64,000 nucleotides of DNA from Mobula hypostoma (Eukaryota). The position numbers and the translations under genes are program-made. How positions within the stretch are numbered: the stretch's first letter is position 1; each line of letters starts with the position of its first letter. Positions 63,669-64,000 of this stretch are shown one piece after another. The notes beneath the pieces were generated by a model, which was not told the origin of the DNA, searched no databases, and worked only from the letters and a program-made list of their open reading frames with translations. The stretch spans positions 116,808,001 to 116,872,000 of the forward strand of contig NC_086103.1 in assembly GCF_963921235.1 (NCBI RefSeq). The letters are read 5' to 3'.

Positions 63669-63671
63669 GCT

Positions 63672-63880
63672 AAAAATGCCATATTTAAGTCTGCTGATGA
63701 TACCTTTGCCGTTAGCTGAATCAAAGGAGGTAACGAATTAGCATATAGGAGGGGGGTAGAAAATCTGGCTGAGTGGTTCCACAATAACAACCTCTTATTC
63801 AATGTCAGCAAAACCAAGGAGCTGATTATTAACTACAGAAGGAGACCAGAGGTCCATGAGCCAGTTCTCATCAGGGGACT
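63672..63880 (+). mobile_element. Rex1-like RT fragment
   Basis: IFKSADDT...NLAEWFHNNNLLFNVSKTKELI. Confidence 0.6.
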
Positions 63881-64000
63881 TCAGTTCAGAAAACGCTATT
63901 TGCTTGTGGTTATTTTCTGCATGACTGGTTGTTATTCCTTTCTTTTCTCAGCACGGACTTCATTTTTATGGGTTCTTTTGGGTTGCTCTGTTTCGTGGCT

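Overview
Eukaryotic, vertebrate genomic DNA; the repeat landscape (many CR1 families, Rex1/Babar, Penelope) suggests a cartilaginous fish, but that is inference. The window holds the promoter region and first 12 coding exons (ATG at 49609 down to 2928, minus strand, about 755 codons, all splice phases compatible) of a hephaestin/HEPHL1-type multicopper ferroxidase. The rest of the gene lies beyond the left edge. Introns and upstream DNA are mostly transposon-derived: CR1 LINEs, Rex1/Babar and RTE LINEs, a near-intact Penelope-like element (RT + GIY-YIG), Gypsy/ERV-type LTRs, and Harbinger, hAT, Tigger and Tc1 remnants, often nested. The most notable non-coding signal is five minimal hammerhead-ribozyme motifs (stem I-CUGAnGA-stem II-GAAA(C/U)GUC-stem I). 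One lies in the Penelope 3' region and the others are in ~100-140 bp TSD-flanked mini-insertions. Two of them sit in a ~285-bp direct repeat 888 nt apart in intron 1, a retrozyme-like arrangement. No prokaryotic features, CRISPR arrays, tRNA or rRNA genes were seen.
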